33,837 nucleotides of DNA from an uncultured Moraxellaceae bacterium (GCA_964347985.1 CAYGBB010000001.1:1-33837), one strand, 5' to 3'. Counted from the first letter of the stretch, positions 9,097 to 18,764 are shown. The notes: a model not told the origin generated them from the letters alone. A program made the numbers and translations.

Positions 9097-12000
9097 ATGT
9101 GGCTTACGCGCGTCAGTATCAATAATCCCGTTTTTGCCGCCATGATGATGTTTGCGCTCATGGTGCTGGGGCTGTTTTCCTGGAAGGACATTGGTGTCGA
9201 GGAGTTCCCGAATGTGGAATTTCCATTTGTCATCGTCAATACCACCTATATTGGCGCTTCGCCTGAGGTGGTGGAGTCGGATGTCACCCGGAAAATCGAG
9301 GATTCAGTCAATACCATTTCCGGTGTAAAGCGGGTTTTCTCAACCTCGTATGAAGGTCGTTCCTTCGTGGCCATCGAGTTTTACCTGGATGTGCCGGTAA
9401 ACGTGGCCGTACAGGATGTGCGTGACAAGATTGCGCTGATCAAGAACGAGCTGCGTGATGAAGTTGATGATCCGATTATCGAACGCTACAACCCTGGTGC
9501 AGTGCCGGTGGTGTCTCTGGCGTTCACATCCACAACCCTGACGCCGCGCGAAGTCTCGACCTGGATCGAGCAAAAAGTGAAGAAGCGTTTCCAGACGGTG
9601 TCCGGCGTGGGCAAGGTGGAAGTGATCGGCGGGGTAAAACGCGAGATCCGTGTCTTTATTCGTCCAGAGCGCCTGCGCGCCTATGGTGTGGGTGTGGATC
9701 AGGTGGTGCAGATGTTGCGCACCGAAAACCAGGAACTGCCTGCGGGTTCGCTTACGCTTAATAATGTCGAACAGATTGTCCAGATCAAGGGGCGCATTGC
9801 CAATCCGAAGGATTTCCGCCGCCTGATCGTGGCGCAGCGTGCCAGCGGCCCGGTATATCTGGAGCAAGTCGCTGATGTGGTTGATGGTGAGCAGGAGCTC
9901 GAGTCCTCCGCCATGATCAATGGCGAGCGCGCTGTGTCCGTCGACATCATCAAGTCTTCCGGTGCCAACACCATCGAAGTGGTTAACAAGTCGCATGAAG
10001 TGATGGCAGAGCTGAAGAAAGAGATGCCTGCCGGCGTAACAATGATCGAGGTGGCCGATAGCTCGAAATCCATTCGGGCATCATTGCTGGATGTGCAAAA
10101 GACACTGGTGGAAGGCGCCTTGCTGGCGATTCTCATTGTCTTCCTGTTTCTGGGCTCCTGGCGCTCGACAGTCATCACCGGCCTGACATTGCCGATCTCG
10201 TTGCTGGGCACGCTGTTTGCGGTCTATTTCTTTGGGTTCACCTTGAATCTTATGACGCTGATGGCGTTGTCGCTGTGCATCGGATTGCTGATCGACGATG
10301 CCATTGTGGTACGTGAAAATATTGTCCGCCATGCCTCCATGGGCAAGGATCACCGCACGGCGGCAATGGATGGCACCAAGGAAATCGGTCTGGCGGTGCT
10401 GGCGACTACGCTGGCAATTGTGGCGGTATTTCTGCCCGTGGCCTTTATGGGCGGCATCATCGGCCGTTTCTTTTACCAGTTTGGTGTGACGGTATCCTCG
10501 GCTGTCCTGCTTTCAATGTTTGTGAGTTTTACGCTTGATCCGATGCTGTCGTCGATCTGGCCAGACCCTGATGTGCATGGCAGGAAAAAAACATCCTGGC
10601 TGGGCCGGGGACTGGACTGGTTCTCGGACCGGCTGGACAGCCTGGGTGATGTTTATGTGCGACTGGTCGGTTGGGCACTCCGGCATCGGGCGGCCACCAT
10701 GGGGATTGCCCTGGGCAGCCTGGTGGGAGCCTTTGTATTGGCAGCCAATATTGGTGGTGAATTTGTCCCTGAACCGGATCTTTCGGAAATCGGTGTGAAA
10801 TTCCAGACACCAGCCGGTTCATCACTTGAATACACCCAGCAGAAAGTGCTGCAGGTCGATGCCATTATCCGCGAATACCCGGAAGTGCTGGCCAGCTACG
10901 CCACCATTAATACCGGTATGAATATCGGCAAGGATCATGCCGGTATCCGGGTGAAACTCAAGCCGAAATCCGAACGTGAGCGTAGCCAGAAAGAGCTGGT
11001 GACCCACATGCGCAAGCGCATTTCGCTGGTGGCAGGCATTTCCCTGACGTCGGTGGCCGCGGCAAAAGAGGCCGTGTCGGGTGGCCTCAAGCCCATCATG
11101 CTCTCGGTGCAGGGTGACGATCTGGAGCAGCTGCGCAAGATTTCAAATGACATCGCAACCGGTATGCACAAGATCCCGGGGCTCGTGGATATTGAAACCT
11201 CATTGCTGGCACCCAAGCCGACCGTGGCAGTTAACATCAATCGTGAGCAGGCCGCCGATCTGGGGCTGAGTGTCGGCCGTCTCGGTGCGACACTGCGCCC
11301 ATTGCTCGCCGGTGACGATGTGACGACCTGGCAGGATGCCAGTGGTGAGAACTATGACGTGAATGTGCAGTTACCACGTGAAGAGCGCCGCACCATCAGT
11401 GATCTGGGTGCTTTGCCTGTTGCCAGTGGCGTGATTGATCCGGCTACCGGTGCCCAGAACATGGTGACGCTGGGGCAGGTCGTCGAGATTTCTGAAACGA
11501 CCGGTGCCGCGCAGATCAATCGTCGTAACCTGTTCCGCGAAGTGCTGATTCAGGCCAATGTGGAAGGACGCCCGGCCGGTGATGTGGGCACGGATATCAA
11601 GAAACTGCAGGAAAGCATCAAGCTGCCACCTGGATACCGGTTCGAGACAGAAGGCCAGAACAAGGACATGGCGGAGTCCATCGGCTATGCCGGCTCTGCA
11701 CTTCTGTTGGCCGTGATTTTTATCTACATGTTGCTGGGTTCACAGTTCAACAGTTTTCTGCATCCGGTTTCCATCATGACCTCGTTACCGCTGTCACTGA
11801 TCGGTGTGTTTGCCGCGCTGTTCCTGTTTGGCAGCACGCTGAACATTTTCTCGATCATTGGCGTGATCATGCTGATGGGGCTGGTGACCAAGAATGCCAT
11901 CCTGATTGTCGATTTCATCAATGTGGCGGTACAAGGGGGACAGGATCGTACAACCGCCATTCTGAATGCCGGCCGAACGCGTTTGCGCCCCATCCTGATG

Positions 12001-12210
12001 ACAACATCAGCGATGGTGATGGGCATGGTGCCACTGGCGCTGGGCTTGGGGGAAGGTGCAGAGCAACGCGCTCCAATGGCTCATGCCATTATCGGAGGGG
12101 TGATTACCTCCACCTTGCTGACCCTGATCGTGGTGCCCGTGGTCTATACGTATCTGGATGATCTCAAGCAGTTCGCGTTTCGCTTGATCGGTGGTCGCAA
12201 GGAGCAATGA
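9097..12210 (+). CDS. RND multidrug/efflux permease (AcrB/HAE family), 1037 aa
   Basis: It starts [18 protein letters not shown] and has the 12-TM AcrB architecture with two large periplasmic loops. The conserved motif is [24 protein letters not shown] lies 9 nt upstream of the ATG. Confidence 0.95.
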   Translation: MWLTRVSINNPVFAAMMMFALMVLGLFSWKDIGVEEFPNVEFPFVIVNTTYIGASPEVVESDVTRKIEDSVNTISGVKRVFSTSYEGRSFVAIEFYLDVPVNVAVQDVRDKIALIKNELRDEVDDPIIERYNPGAVPVVSLAFTSTTLTPREVSTWIEQKVKKRFQTVSGVGKVEVIGGVKREIRVFIRPERLRAYGVGVDQVVQMLRTENQELPAGSLTLNNVEQIVQIKGRIANPKDFRRLIVAQRASGPVYLEQVADVVDGEQELESSAMINGERAVSVDIIKSSGANTIEVVNKSHEVMAELKKEMPAGVTMIEVADSSKSIRASLLDVQKTLVEGALLAILIVFLFLGSWRSTVITGLTLPISLLGTLFAVYFFGFTLNLMTLMALSLCIGLLIDDAIVVRENIVRHASMGKDHRTAAMDGTKEIGLAVLATTLAIVAVFLPVAFMGGIIGRFFYQFGVTVSSAVLLSMFVSFTLDPMLSSIWPDPDVHGRKKTSWLGRGLDWFSDRLDSLGDVYVRLVGWALRHRAATMGIALGSLVGAFVLAANIGGEFVPEPDLSEIGVKFQTPAGSSLEYTQQKVLQVDAIIREYPEVLASYATINTGMNIGKDHAGIRVKLKPKSERERSQKELVTHMRKRISLVAGISLTSVAAAKEAVSGGLKPIMLSVQGDDLEQLRKISNDIATGMHKIPGLVDIETSLLAPKPTVAVNINREQAADLGLSVGRLGATLRPLLAGDDVTTWQDASGENYDVNVQLPREERRTISDLGALPVASGVIDPATGAQNMVTLGQVVEISETTGAAQINRRNLFREVLIQANVEGRPAGDVGTDIKKLQESIKLPPGYRFETEGQNKDMAESIGYAGSALLLAVIFIYMLLGSQFNSFLHPVSIMTSLPLSLIGVFAALFLFGSTLNIFSIIGVIMLMGLVTKNAILIVDFINVAVQGGQDRTTAILNAGRTRLRPILMTTSAMVMGMVPLALGLGEGAEQRAPMAHAIIGGVITSTLLTLIVVPVVYTYLDDLKQFAFRLIGGRKEQ

Positions 12211-12290
12211 TCCATTACCCGTAGTGCGAAGCAGTTCTTGATCCGGGTAACATATTGCTTCTGATGCTTTTCTGCGACCAGGTACAAGAG

Positions 12291-12644
12291 ATGACTCAGC
12301 GGAGCGTGCTACAGGTTCGTACCCGCCTGATGCGGGATGACGAAATTGCCATGGGCCCCGGCAAAGTGGACCTGTTGCTGGCAATTGAAGAGACGGGCTC
12401 CATTTCGGCGGCTGCCAAGCATATGGGCATGAGTTACCGCCGTGCCTGGCTGCTGGTGGACACCATGAACCGCTGTTTCCTGTCGCCACTGGTAACCTCA
12501 TCCGCCGGTGGGAGTCATGGTGGCGGGGCTGTGGTGACCGATAAGGGCAAAGAGGTTTTGCAGCACTATCAGCAGTTGCAGGTCGCTCTGGAAGCTGTTG
12601 CTGATGGGTATCGGGATGCACTGGACAAGCTGATCAGGCAGTAA
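12291..12644 (+). CDS. modE: ModE-type molybdenum-responsive regulator, N-terminal wHTH domain only
   Basis: GPGKVDLLLAIEETGSISAAAKHMGMSYRRAWLLVDTMN matches the ModE N-terminal domain. The ORF ends after about 117 aa with no Mop/TOBE repeats. The start is uncertain (ATG 12291, ATG 12264 or TTG 12255). The 3' end overlaps modC by 11 nt, convergently. Confidence 0.75.
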   Translation: MTQRSVLQVRTRLMRDDEIAMGPGKVDLLLAIEETGSISAAAKHMGMSYRRAWLLVDTMNRCFLSPLVTSSAGGSHGGGAVVTDKGKEVLQHYQQLQVALEAVADGYRDALDKLIRQ

Positions 12645-13293
12645 TTCCCTGATCGGCGGGTATCAGGATGCCTGCTTCAATAATCCATATTTCTTCAGAC
12701 AAATAACGTACCTCCTCCTGAACATGGCTGACAAACAGCATCGGCATTTTCAGTTCGTCGCGAACACGGAGGAGGAATGGCAGTATCTGTTGTTTGCGCT
12801 TTTCATCCAGAGATGACAGCGGTTCATCCAGCAACAAGAGTCGAGGCGAGTACAGCAGCGCCCGGCCAAGGGCCACGCGCTGTTTCTCTCCTCCGGACAG
12901 AAGGCGAGGGTGCCGTTCCAGAAGATGTCCGATTTCCAGAAGGCTGACAATTTCCTCCAGCGAAAACTTCCGTTCTTCCGGCGTCAGGCGATGAAAGCCG
13001 AAGAGAAGATTATGTTTTACAGAGAGATGAGGAAATAGCTGAGCATCCTGGAAGACAAGCCCGATGTGGCGCTTCTCCGGGGGCAGAAATATTCTTTTTC
13101 GGGTGTCGACCAGCGCCTGCCCATCAAGCACGATATAGCCGGAATCCGGCTTTTGCAGGCCTGCAATCAACGCCAGTAATGTGCTTTTCCCCACCCCAGA
13201 GGCCCCGCACAAACCTGTCACCCTGCTATCCATGCGGGCAGTGGCCTGCAAGGAAAAGTCGCCACGCTGCCAATGCAGATCCATCTCAAGCAT
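12634..13293 (-). CDS. modC: Molybdate ABC transporter ATP-binding protein ModC (short form, no C-terminal TOBE domain)
   Basis: It has Walker A GASGVGKST, signature LSGGEKQRVALGRAL and Walker B LLLLDEP. The MLEM start resembles E. coli ModC MLEL. The protein ends just after the ABC domain. Confidence 0.85.
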   Translation of the reverse strand: MLEMDLHWQRGDFSLQATARMDSRVTGLCGASGVGKSTLLALIAGLQKPDSGYIVLDGQALVDTRKRIFLPPEKRHIGLVFQDAQLFPHLSVKHNLLFGFHRLTPEERKFSLEEIVSLLEIGHLLERHPRLLSGGEKQRVALGRALLYSPRLLLLDEPLSSLDEKRKQQILPFLLRVRDELKMPMLFVSHVQEEVRYLSEEIWIIEAGILIPADQGITA

Positions 13294-13984
13294 GGTCACG
13301 ATACCCCAGCTGTTTCTGTACCCGCCGCGTCATGGCATTGCTGATCAGTAATGCCCCCAGCGCCAGGGCGATAGAGAGCCAGATCAGACGCATCGCGGGC
13401 GCTTCACCACCCGGCTGGTGAACATAAGAATAAATGGCGAGTGGCAGGGTGCGGGTTTCCCCCTCAATGTTGCCAACAAACGTGATGGTCGCGCCAAATT
13501 CGCCGAGACTCCGGCTGAACGACAGGATTGCTCCAACCAGAATGCCCGGGAGCGACAAGGGCAGGGTAATGGTAAAGAAAACACGCCAGGGGCCGGCCCC
13601 CAGAGTACGCGCTGCATTTTCAAGTCGGGAGTCGATGAGTTGAAAGGCGAGCCGGATGGGTTGGATCATCAATGGCAGTCCCATGATCAGCGACGCCAGT
13701 ACCGCGCCCGTCCAGTTGAACGCCAGGCTGATGCCAAACCATTCATGCAGGAACTTTCCAGCCCAGCCGTTTCGTCCAAAAGCAACCAGCAACAGATAGC
13801 CAGGTACTACCGGGGGTAGCACCATTGGCAGCAAGATCAGTGCATCCACCAATCCTTTTCCGATGAACTCTTTTCGTGCCAGCAACCAGGCCAGGGCAAT
13901 GCCGGGTAATAGCCCCAAAACCATGCACCAGGTCGCCACTTTCAGCGAGAGTTCAAGTGCGCTCCATTCTTCAGGGGTCAGCAT
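13286..13984 (-). CDS. modB: Molybdate ABC transporter permease ModB
   Basis: It shows the CysTW/ModB pattern with the EAA loop ENAARTLGAGPWRVFFTITLP. It sits in operon position between modA and modC, overlapping modC. Confidence 0.9.
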   Translation of the reverse strand: MLTPEEWSALELSLKVATWCMVLGLLPGIALAWLLARKEFIGKGLVDALILLPMVLPPVVPGYLLLVAFGRNGWAGKFLHEWFGISLAFNWTGAVLASLIMGLPLMIQPIRLAFQLIDSRLENAARTLGAGPWRVFFTITLPLSLPGILVGAILSFSRSLGEFGATITFVGNIEGETRTLPLAIYSYVHQPGGEAPAMRLIWLSIALALGALLISNAMTRRVQKQLGYRDHA

Positions 13985-13993
13985 GCGGACAAC

Positions 13994-14743
13994 TTAGCGC
14001 TCAAGGATGACGAAGCCATGGCGCACAAATACTTTCTGTGCCTCTGGTCCGATCAGGTAGATGAAAAATTCACGTGCGACGGGAGATGCCTTGGGCAACA
14101 GGGCAAATGGATAAACGACAGGGTCATGCAGGCCCGCAGGGAATCTGCCTGCCACCATGACCTTGGTGCTTGTTCTGGCATCGGTTTGATAAACGATTCC
14201 CAGTGGGCATTCACCGCGTTCAACAAACGCCAGTGCAGTACGAACATCTTCCGTACCCACAATGTTTTTTTTCAGCGCCGGCCACCAGCCAAGGTTTGTC
14301 AGTGCCTGTTTGCCATAGATTCCGGCGGGAACACTTGCCGGTGCTCCCATGCATAACCGCCCTGTTACCGCAGGCGCTTTGCCTTTCGTCATGGGTATTT
14401 TTCTGGCTTCGGAAGCCGGTGCGATCATCACCAGTGCATTGCCTAACAGGTTGCGTCGCGACGACGGGATGATCAGCTGCCGGCTGGCAAGGTAATCCAT
14501 CCATTTAATGTCCGCAGAAACAAATATATCGGCGGGTGCACCTGCTTCGATTTGTTTGGCCAGTGTGGAGGAGGAGGCAAAAGAGCTTTTGATGGTGACT
14601 TTATGGGTGGATTGCCAGTGGGACGAGACTTCCTTGATGGCATCAGTAAGGCTCGCTGATGCATAGACCATGACTCCGTCTGCGTGGCTGGCTGTGCTCA
14701 GCAAGCAGATGAGGAGGGCACCCCAGATTATTGCCGGCTTCAA
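13994..14743 (-). CDS. modA: Periplasmic molybdate-binding protein ModA
   Basis: TTG 14743 lies 9 nt after AGGGAG and gives the signal peptide MKPAIIWGALLICLLSTASHA. The mature part (VYASASL, SFASSSTLAKQIEAGAPADIFVSAD) is ModA-like. The longest ORF, starting at 14803, would run through the ModE operator. Confidence 0.85.
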   Translation of the reverse strand: MKPAIIWGALLICLLSTASHADGVMVYASASLTDAIKEVSSHWQSTHKVTIKSSFASSSTLAKQIEAGAPADIFVSADIKWMDYLASRQLIIPSSRRNLLGNALVMIAPASEARKIPMTKGKAPAVTGRLCMGAPASVPAGIYGKQALTNLGWWPALKKNIVGTEDVRTALAFVERGECPLGIVYQTDARTSTKVMVAGRFPAGLHDPVVYPFALLPKASPVAREFFIYLIGPEAQKVFVRHGFVILER

Positions 14744-14781
14744 GGCGGTGTTCTCCCTGTGTCTCGTAAAAACGATCATGA

Positions 14782-14817
14782 CAATTGCGCTATATTCAAT
14801 CATATATAGCGCAATTG
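14782..14817. promoter_or_regulatory. ModE operator in the modABC promoter
   Basis: This is a perfect 14-nt inverted repeat, CAATTGCGCTATAT-N8-ATATAGCGCAATTG. Its core TATAT-N7-TATAT fits the E. coli ModE consensus TATAT-N7-TAYAT. It is centred about 56 nt upstream of the modA start and overlaps a plausible -10 element. Confidence 0.75.
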
Positions 14818-14943
14818 GTCACGCATCAATACGGGCAAACTTATATTCAGGAGTACGCCAAAGGGGATGCGGGATACGAAGTGTGGCTCCCCCTCTACCA
14901 AGTAGTTCCAGAGAGGGGGGGCGTACCAAAACGTAAGCAATTC

Positions 14944-15654
14944 TTAGTTCAGGACTTCCTTCAGCTGTTGTGACCGCAACGCTACCGTTGGTGTGCAGTT
15001 CAGGAAGCGTGAGCGGCTTAACCATTTCTTGTCTGGATAGTACGAAAATACAAAGTGGCCGCCTTTCAGCGTGTCGATGATTTCACGTGCCACCCCTTCC
15101 CGAACTGCCGGGCAGCCCCAGCTGCGGCCCAGTCGACCGAGCTTCTTTGCCGTGTCTGAATTCACATACGGCGCACCGTGCATCACGATATAGCGCTTCA
15201 TGGCCTGATCATTGAAGCCGGGCTCCAATCCATCCATACGCATCGAATACCCGTTGCCACCCTGATAAGTATCCATGGTGCGAAACAGGCCCAGGCTGGA
15301 TTGCAGGCTGCCTTCTTCGTTCGAGAAGCTTTTGGCCAGGTTGTCACCTGTGTGTTTGCCGTGTGCCACCAGTTCGCGATACAGCAGGCGGCCTTCATCC
15401 CGGGTTTCAAATACCCAAAGGCGAGGCGAGGTAGAAGGACGAGAGTAATCGATGACTGCCAGGCGACCGGAGGGAGTCATGCCATGGGCGGTGGCACAGC
15501 TCAGCGCATTGGCCGCGAGCTGCAGTACTGCCGGATCGGCATCGGGAGCGGCGGCCTGAAGTCGACTGCCCAGGCTGGTCTGGCCGGCATGGGCGACCAG
15601 GGGAGCCACAGCAAACGTAATGGCGAGGGTGAAAGCAGACAACAAATGGCGCAT
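14944..15654 (-). CDS. L,D-transpeptidase catalytic-domain family protein (YkuD_2-type), secreted
   Basis: ATG 15654 lies 8 nt after GGAG. The signal peptide is MRHLLSAFTLAITFAVAPLVAHA. The catalytic region is IVMHGAPYV...GRSWGCPAV. Confidence 0.8.
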   Translation of the reverse strand: MRHLLSAFTLAITFAVAPLVAHAGQTSLGSRLQAAAPDADPAVLQLAANALSCATAHGMTPSGRLAVIDYSRPSTSPRLWVFETRDEGRLLYRELVAHGKHTGDNLAKSFSNEEGSLQSSLGLFRTMDTYQGGNGYSMRMDGLEPGFNDQAMKRYIVMHGAPYVNSDTAKKLGRLGRSWGCPAVREGVAREIIDTLKGGHFVFSYYPDKKWLSRSRFLNCTPTVALRSQQLKEVLN

Positions 15655-15854
15655 AAATAGCACTCCGCGAGGACAAGGTCATTCACGCTCCCTAACCAGA
15701 CAGGAGCCTTTCGTGGCGCAATCCCTCGCAGACGTTCTGCGTAATAAGTTCATCCTGCCAGTTTGGGGCAGGATGAACAAGGTAGAATCGTAACCAACTG
15801 CAACACGCCTTTCGGGATGTGATATGGCGTGCATGCACTGCAAGGGAGGATGTA

Positions 15855-17459
15855 GTGAGTAAAGCTAGTATGGTTCGGCTGATGGTTATTGGGTGGTTGT
15901 TTATGGCACCACTACTGGCAGTTGCCCTTGAGCCTGAGGTGGAGACCGCCCCGTCATTGGATGCCGAGGGCGCGGCTTTGATGAGCCGCAGTATGGCGGA
16001 CCGTGATGAAAGGGCCATGGCCGTGGCAGTTGCCAGCTTTACTCCCAGGCTTGGGTCCGGTCCTTTCTGGATGGCGAACGGTCGCCTGGCCGCCTTGCTG
16101 ACGGCGCTTGATGAGGTAGCCACGGATGGCCTTGCTCCTGCCGATTACGGGGTAGAGCGGTTGCGGGACTGGCTGCAGACAGGGGGGGCATCTCCTGAGA
16201 TGGAGATGCTCGCCACCCGGGGGTATTTGCTGGCCTTGCTCCATCTGTACCGCGGCAAGGTCGATCCGGCAGCGCTGGACCCGCACTGGAACTTCACCAG
16301 TAACCAGCAAGGCGTGGGTGAGCTGTGGGCCAAGGCAAGTGAGGCTGCCGAATCGGGCCAGCTAGCCGGTGTGTTCAGCTATGCCCGTCCGGCGCGGCAG
16401 GAGTACAACGGCTTGCGTTCTGCCCTGGCACGTCTGCGCGGGCTGGCAATGGAGGGCGGCTGGCCCATGTTGCCGGCTGGCAAGTCGCTAAAGCCCGGCA
16501 TGACTGATCCCCGTGTTGTCATCCTTCGCACGCGTCTGCAAATTGCCGGCCTGGCGACCTATATTCCTCAAGGGGTGCCAGCCTTTTTTGACGATGAGCT
16601 GGCCAAGGCTGTCATACGCTTCCAGCGTGAGGCCTACCTGACTGCGGATGGCAGTGTGGGGCCGCAAACCGTGAATGCGCTCAATATTCCCGTGCGAGAC
16701 CGTATTGACCAGATTCGTGCCAACCTTGAACGGATGCGCTGGGTGCGGGATATGGGCAAGGGCCCGATGGTCGTGGTGGATATTGCCGGCTTTCGTATTG
16801 CCTACATAAAGGACGGCAGGGCGGTATGGCGCTCACGTGTCCAGGTGGGCAGGGCCTACCGCTCGACCCCGGTGTTTCGGGCCAGCATTACCCACCTGAC
16901 CCTGAACCCGACATGGACCGTGCCACCGACCATCATGGACAAGGATGTGCTGCCCGCCATTCGCAAGAACCGCAACTACCTGAAGAAGCACCGGATGAGG
17001 GTATTTACCGCTGATGGCCGCGCGATAGCGGCGTCGGCAGTCAACTGGTGGCGACCGGGCAACATCATCTTGCGCCAGGATGCGGGCGAGAAGAACTCAC
17101 TGGGTGAGTTGGCCATCCGCTTTCCCAATCCCTATGCCGTTTACCTGCACGATACCCCGCACAAGGAGTTGTTCGACTCCAACCAGCGGGCTTTCAGCTC
17201 AGGCTGTATCCGTGTCGAGAATGGGCATGAGCTGGCCGTTTTGTTGATGGATGACCCGGTGCAGTGGGACCGGAACGGGCTGGATGCTGCCATTAGTGAA
17301 GGCAAGACCAGGCAAGTCAATCTGGTCACACCAATTCCGATCCTTTTGGCGTATTGGACCGTCGACATAGCGCCGGATGGCTATGTGGCTTTCAAGATGG
17401 ACATCTACGAGCGTGATCGCCCGCTTGTGGCGGCCTTGAACCGGCTAGTGCTGATGTGA
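15855..17459 (+). CDS. YcbB/LdtD-like murein L,D-transpeptidase with peptidoglycan-binding domain
   Basis: The PG-binding repeat is ELAKAVIRFQREAYLTADGSVGPQTVNAL. The YkuD active site is YLHDTPHKELFDSNQRAFSSGCIRV. The start is either GTG 15855 (GGGAGGA upstream) or ATG 15870. Confidence 0.85.
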   Translation: MSKASMVRLMVIGWLFMAPLLAVALEPEVETAPSLDAEGAALMSRSMADRDERAMAVAVASFTPRLGSGPFWMANGRLAALLTALDEVATDGLAPADYGVERLRDWLQTGGASPEMEMLATRGYLLALLHLYRGKVDPAALDPHWNFTSNQQGVGELWAKASEAAESGQLAGVFSYARPARQEYNGLRSALARLRGLAMEGGWPMLPAGKSLKPGMTDPRVVILRTRLQIAGLATYIPQGVPAFFDDELAKAVIRFQREAYLTADGSVGPQTVNALNIPVRDRIDQIRANLERMRWVRDMGKGPMVVVDIAGFRIAYIKDGRAVWRSRVQVGRAYRSTPVFRASITHLTLNPTWTVPPTIMDKDVLPAIRKNRNYLKKHRMRVFTADGRAIAASAVNWWRPGNIILRQDAGEKNSLGELAIRFPNPYAVYLHDTPHKELFDSNQRAFSSGCIRVENGHELAVLLMDDPVQWDRNGLDAAISEGKTRQVNLVTPIPILLAYWTVDIAPDGYVAFKMDIYERDRPLVAALNRLVLM

Positions 17460-17479
17460 CGGTCTCACCGGAAGGCCAC

Positions 17480-18328
17480 TCAAAAGCGGCCTTCGCGGTA
17501 GTCCTGAAACGCCTGCTGGATCTCCTCCTGTGTATTCATGACAAAGGGGCCGTAACGGGCGACTGGTTCGCGCAGCGGCTGGCCTGCAATCAACAGCAGG
17601 CGTGTACCAGCACTGCCTGAATGAATTTCAATGGTATTACCAGTTCCGAGCACTGCCATTTGCCCTTGCGACGCCTTGTGTCCAGAATCTGGTCCTACCA
17701 ATGCATCTCCCTGAAATATGTAGAGAAATGCCTGGTGAGTATCGGGTACCTGCGCTGCGTAGGCCACATCGGGCGCGAGTGTGATGTCCCAGTAAAGTGG
17801 GGCTGTAGCAATGCCTCTTACAGGACCCTCCGCTCCCTCCAGCTTTCCGGCGATCAGCCTGATTTCAGTCCCTTCAACTGGTATTACCACGGGGATCGAC
17901 TCTGGCGAGAACTCCTGATAATGCGGAGCAACCATCTTGTCCCGGGCAGGCAGGTTTACCCATAGCTGAAAGCCCCACATAAGGCCGTCTTCCTGCTCCG
18001 GCATTTCTGAGTGCACAATGCCGCGGCCTGCCGTCATCCATTGCACCGAGCCGGGCACCATGAGGCCGCTATGGCCATGATTGTCGTGATGGCGCATACG
18101 CCCGGCCAGCATATAGGTGACGGTTTCAAAGCCTCGATGCGGGTGGTCGGGAAAGCCGGCAATATAGTCGCCGGCCTGGTCCGAGCGGAACTCGTCCAGC
18201 ATGAGAAACGGGTCAATATCCGGCACAATGGAAGTGCCAATGACACGGTTGAGTTTGACGCCGGCGCCATCACTGGCGGGGACACCTCGAACCAGGCGGG
18301 TGACGGGGCGGCTGATGGTGGCAGACAT
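17480..18328 (-). CDS. Pirin family protein (bicupin, quercetinase-like)
   Basis: GFPDHPHRGFETVTYMLAGRMRHHDNHGH is the pirin metal-binding motif. GAGGAG lies 6 nt upstream of ATG 18328. Confidence 0.9.
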   Translation of the reverse strand: MSATISRPVTRLVRGVPASDGAGVKLNRVIGTSIVPDIDPFLMLDEFRSDQAGDYIAGFPDHPHRGFETVTYMLAGRMRHHDNHGHSGLMVPGSVQWMTAGRGIVHSEMPEQEDGLMWGFQLWVNLPARDKMVAPHYQEFSPESIPVVIPVEGTEIRLIAGKLEGAEGPVRGIATAPLYWDITLAPDVAYAAQVPDTHQAFLYIFQGDALVGPDSGHKASQGQMAVLGTGNTIEIHSGSAGTRLLLIAGQPLREPVARYGPFVMNTQEEIQQAFQDYREGRF

Positions 18329-18486
18329 GGTAATCTCCTCTTGCAATGATCATAGTTTCCTCTATTCGTGAAAGGGGAAAAATCCGTGTTTTGCTGATTG
18401 TCTGTTGCTGCAGGGAGAACAATCGGTCCGGTAATGAGTCCTCCCCTGCGATTGCTGGCGAGGTTGGCCTGGCGAGGCTGACCAGG

Positions 18487-18514
18487 CAAAAAAAATCCCC
18501 GCCGTAGCGAGGAT
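18487..18514 (-). terminator. Rho-independent terminator after the small ORF
   Basis: On the minus strand, an 8-bp stem AUCCUCGC/GCGGGGAU (one G-U pair) with loop UACG is followed by a U run of 7-8. Confidence 0.6.
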
Positions 18515-18532
18515 CTTGTTTTGTGCAAGGGC

Positions 18533-18589
18533 TGAGTACTCAGGCACCTTTTGAATACTCAAGTACCTTCTGAATACTCAGGTACCATG
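18533..18589. repeat. Three tandem 19-bp direct repeats (consensus TGAATACTCAGGTACCTTY)
   Basis: The copies are TGAGTACTCAGGCACCTTT, TGAATACTCAAGTACCTTC and TGAATACTCAGGTACCATG, head to tail. They lie between the small-ORF stop (18594) and its terminator. Confidence 0.9.
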
Positions 18590-18593
18590 GGCG

Positions 18594-18764
18594 TCAGTTG
18601 TTGTTACCGGGAAACTGCCAGTGCTTCATGAGTTCGTCGCAGGCCTGCATGATCATCTCTTCGGTGATCGGGATTTCCCGTCCCTGATCATCCAGCAAGG
18701 CGGCGCCATGGAACGGATTGCCGCGGGACAGATCGGTCATCAGGTTCTCTTTGGCTTGCATCAT
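18594..18764 (-). CDS. Small conserved hypothetical protein, 56 aa (resembles the family I remember as PA1571-like)
   Basis: It is below the ORF-track cutoff. GAGGTGA lies just upstream of ATGATG. The translation is MMQAKENLMTDLSRGNPFHGAALLDDQGREIPITEEMIMQACDELMKHWQFPGNNN. The core GREIPITEEMI..AC..L is recalled from small proteobacterial proteins. A terminator follows. Confidence 0.55.
   Translation of the reverse strand: MMQAKENLMTDLSRGNPFHGAALLDDQGREIPITEEMIMQACDELMKHWQFPGNNN

Noticed and set aside
14744-14803. Longer modA reading frame starting at 14803 or ATG 14779
   Set aside because: It would run through or abut the perfect ModE operator and would add a non-signal-peptide N-terminus. 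TTG 14743 has an AGGGAG SD and yields a clean signal peptide. The call is still uncertain without N-terminal data.
18533-18589. Possible CRISPR array
   Set aside because: The repeats are contiguous with no spacers, there are only three units of 19 bp, and no cas genes are in the window.
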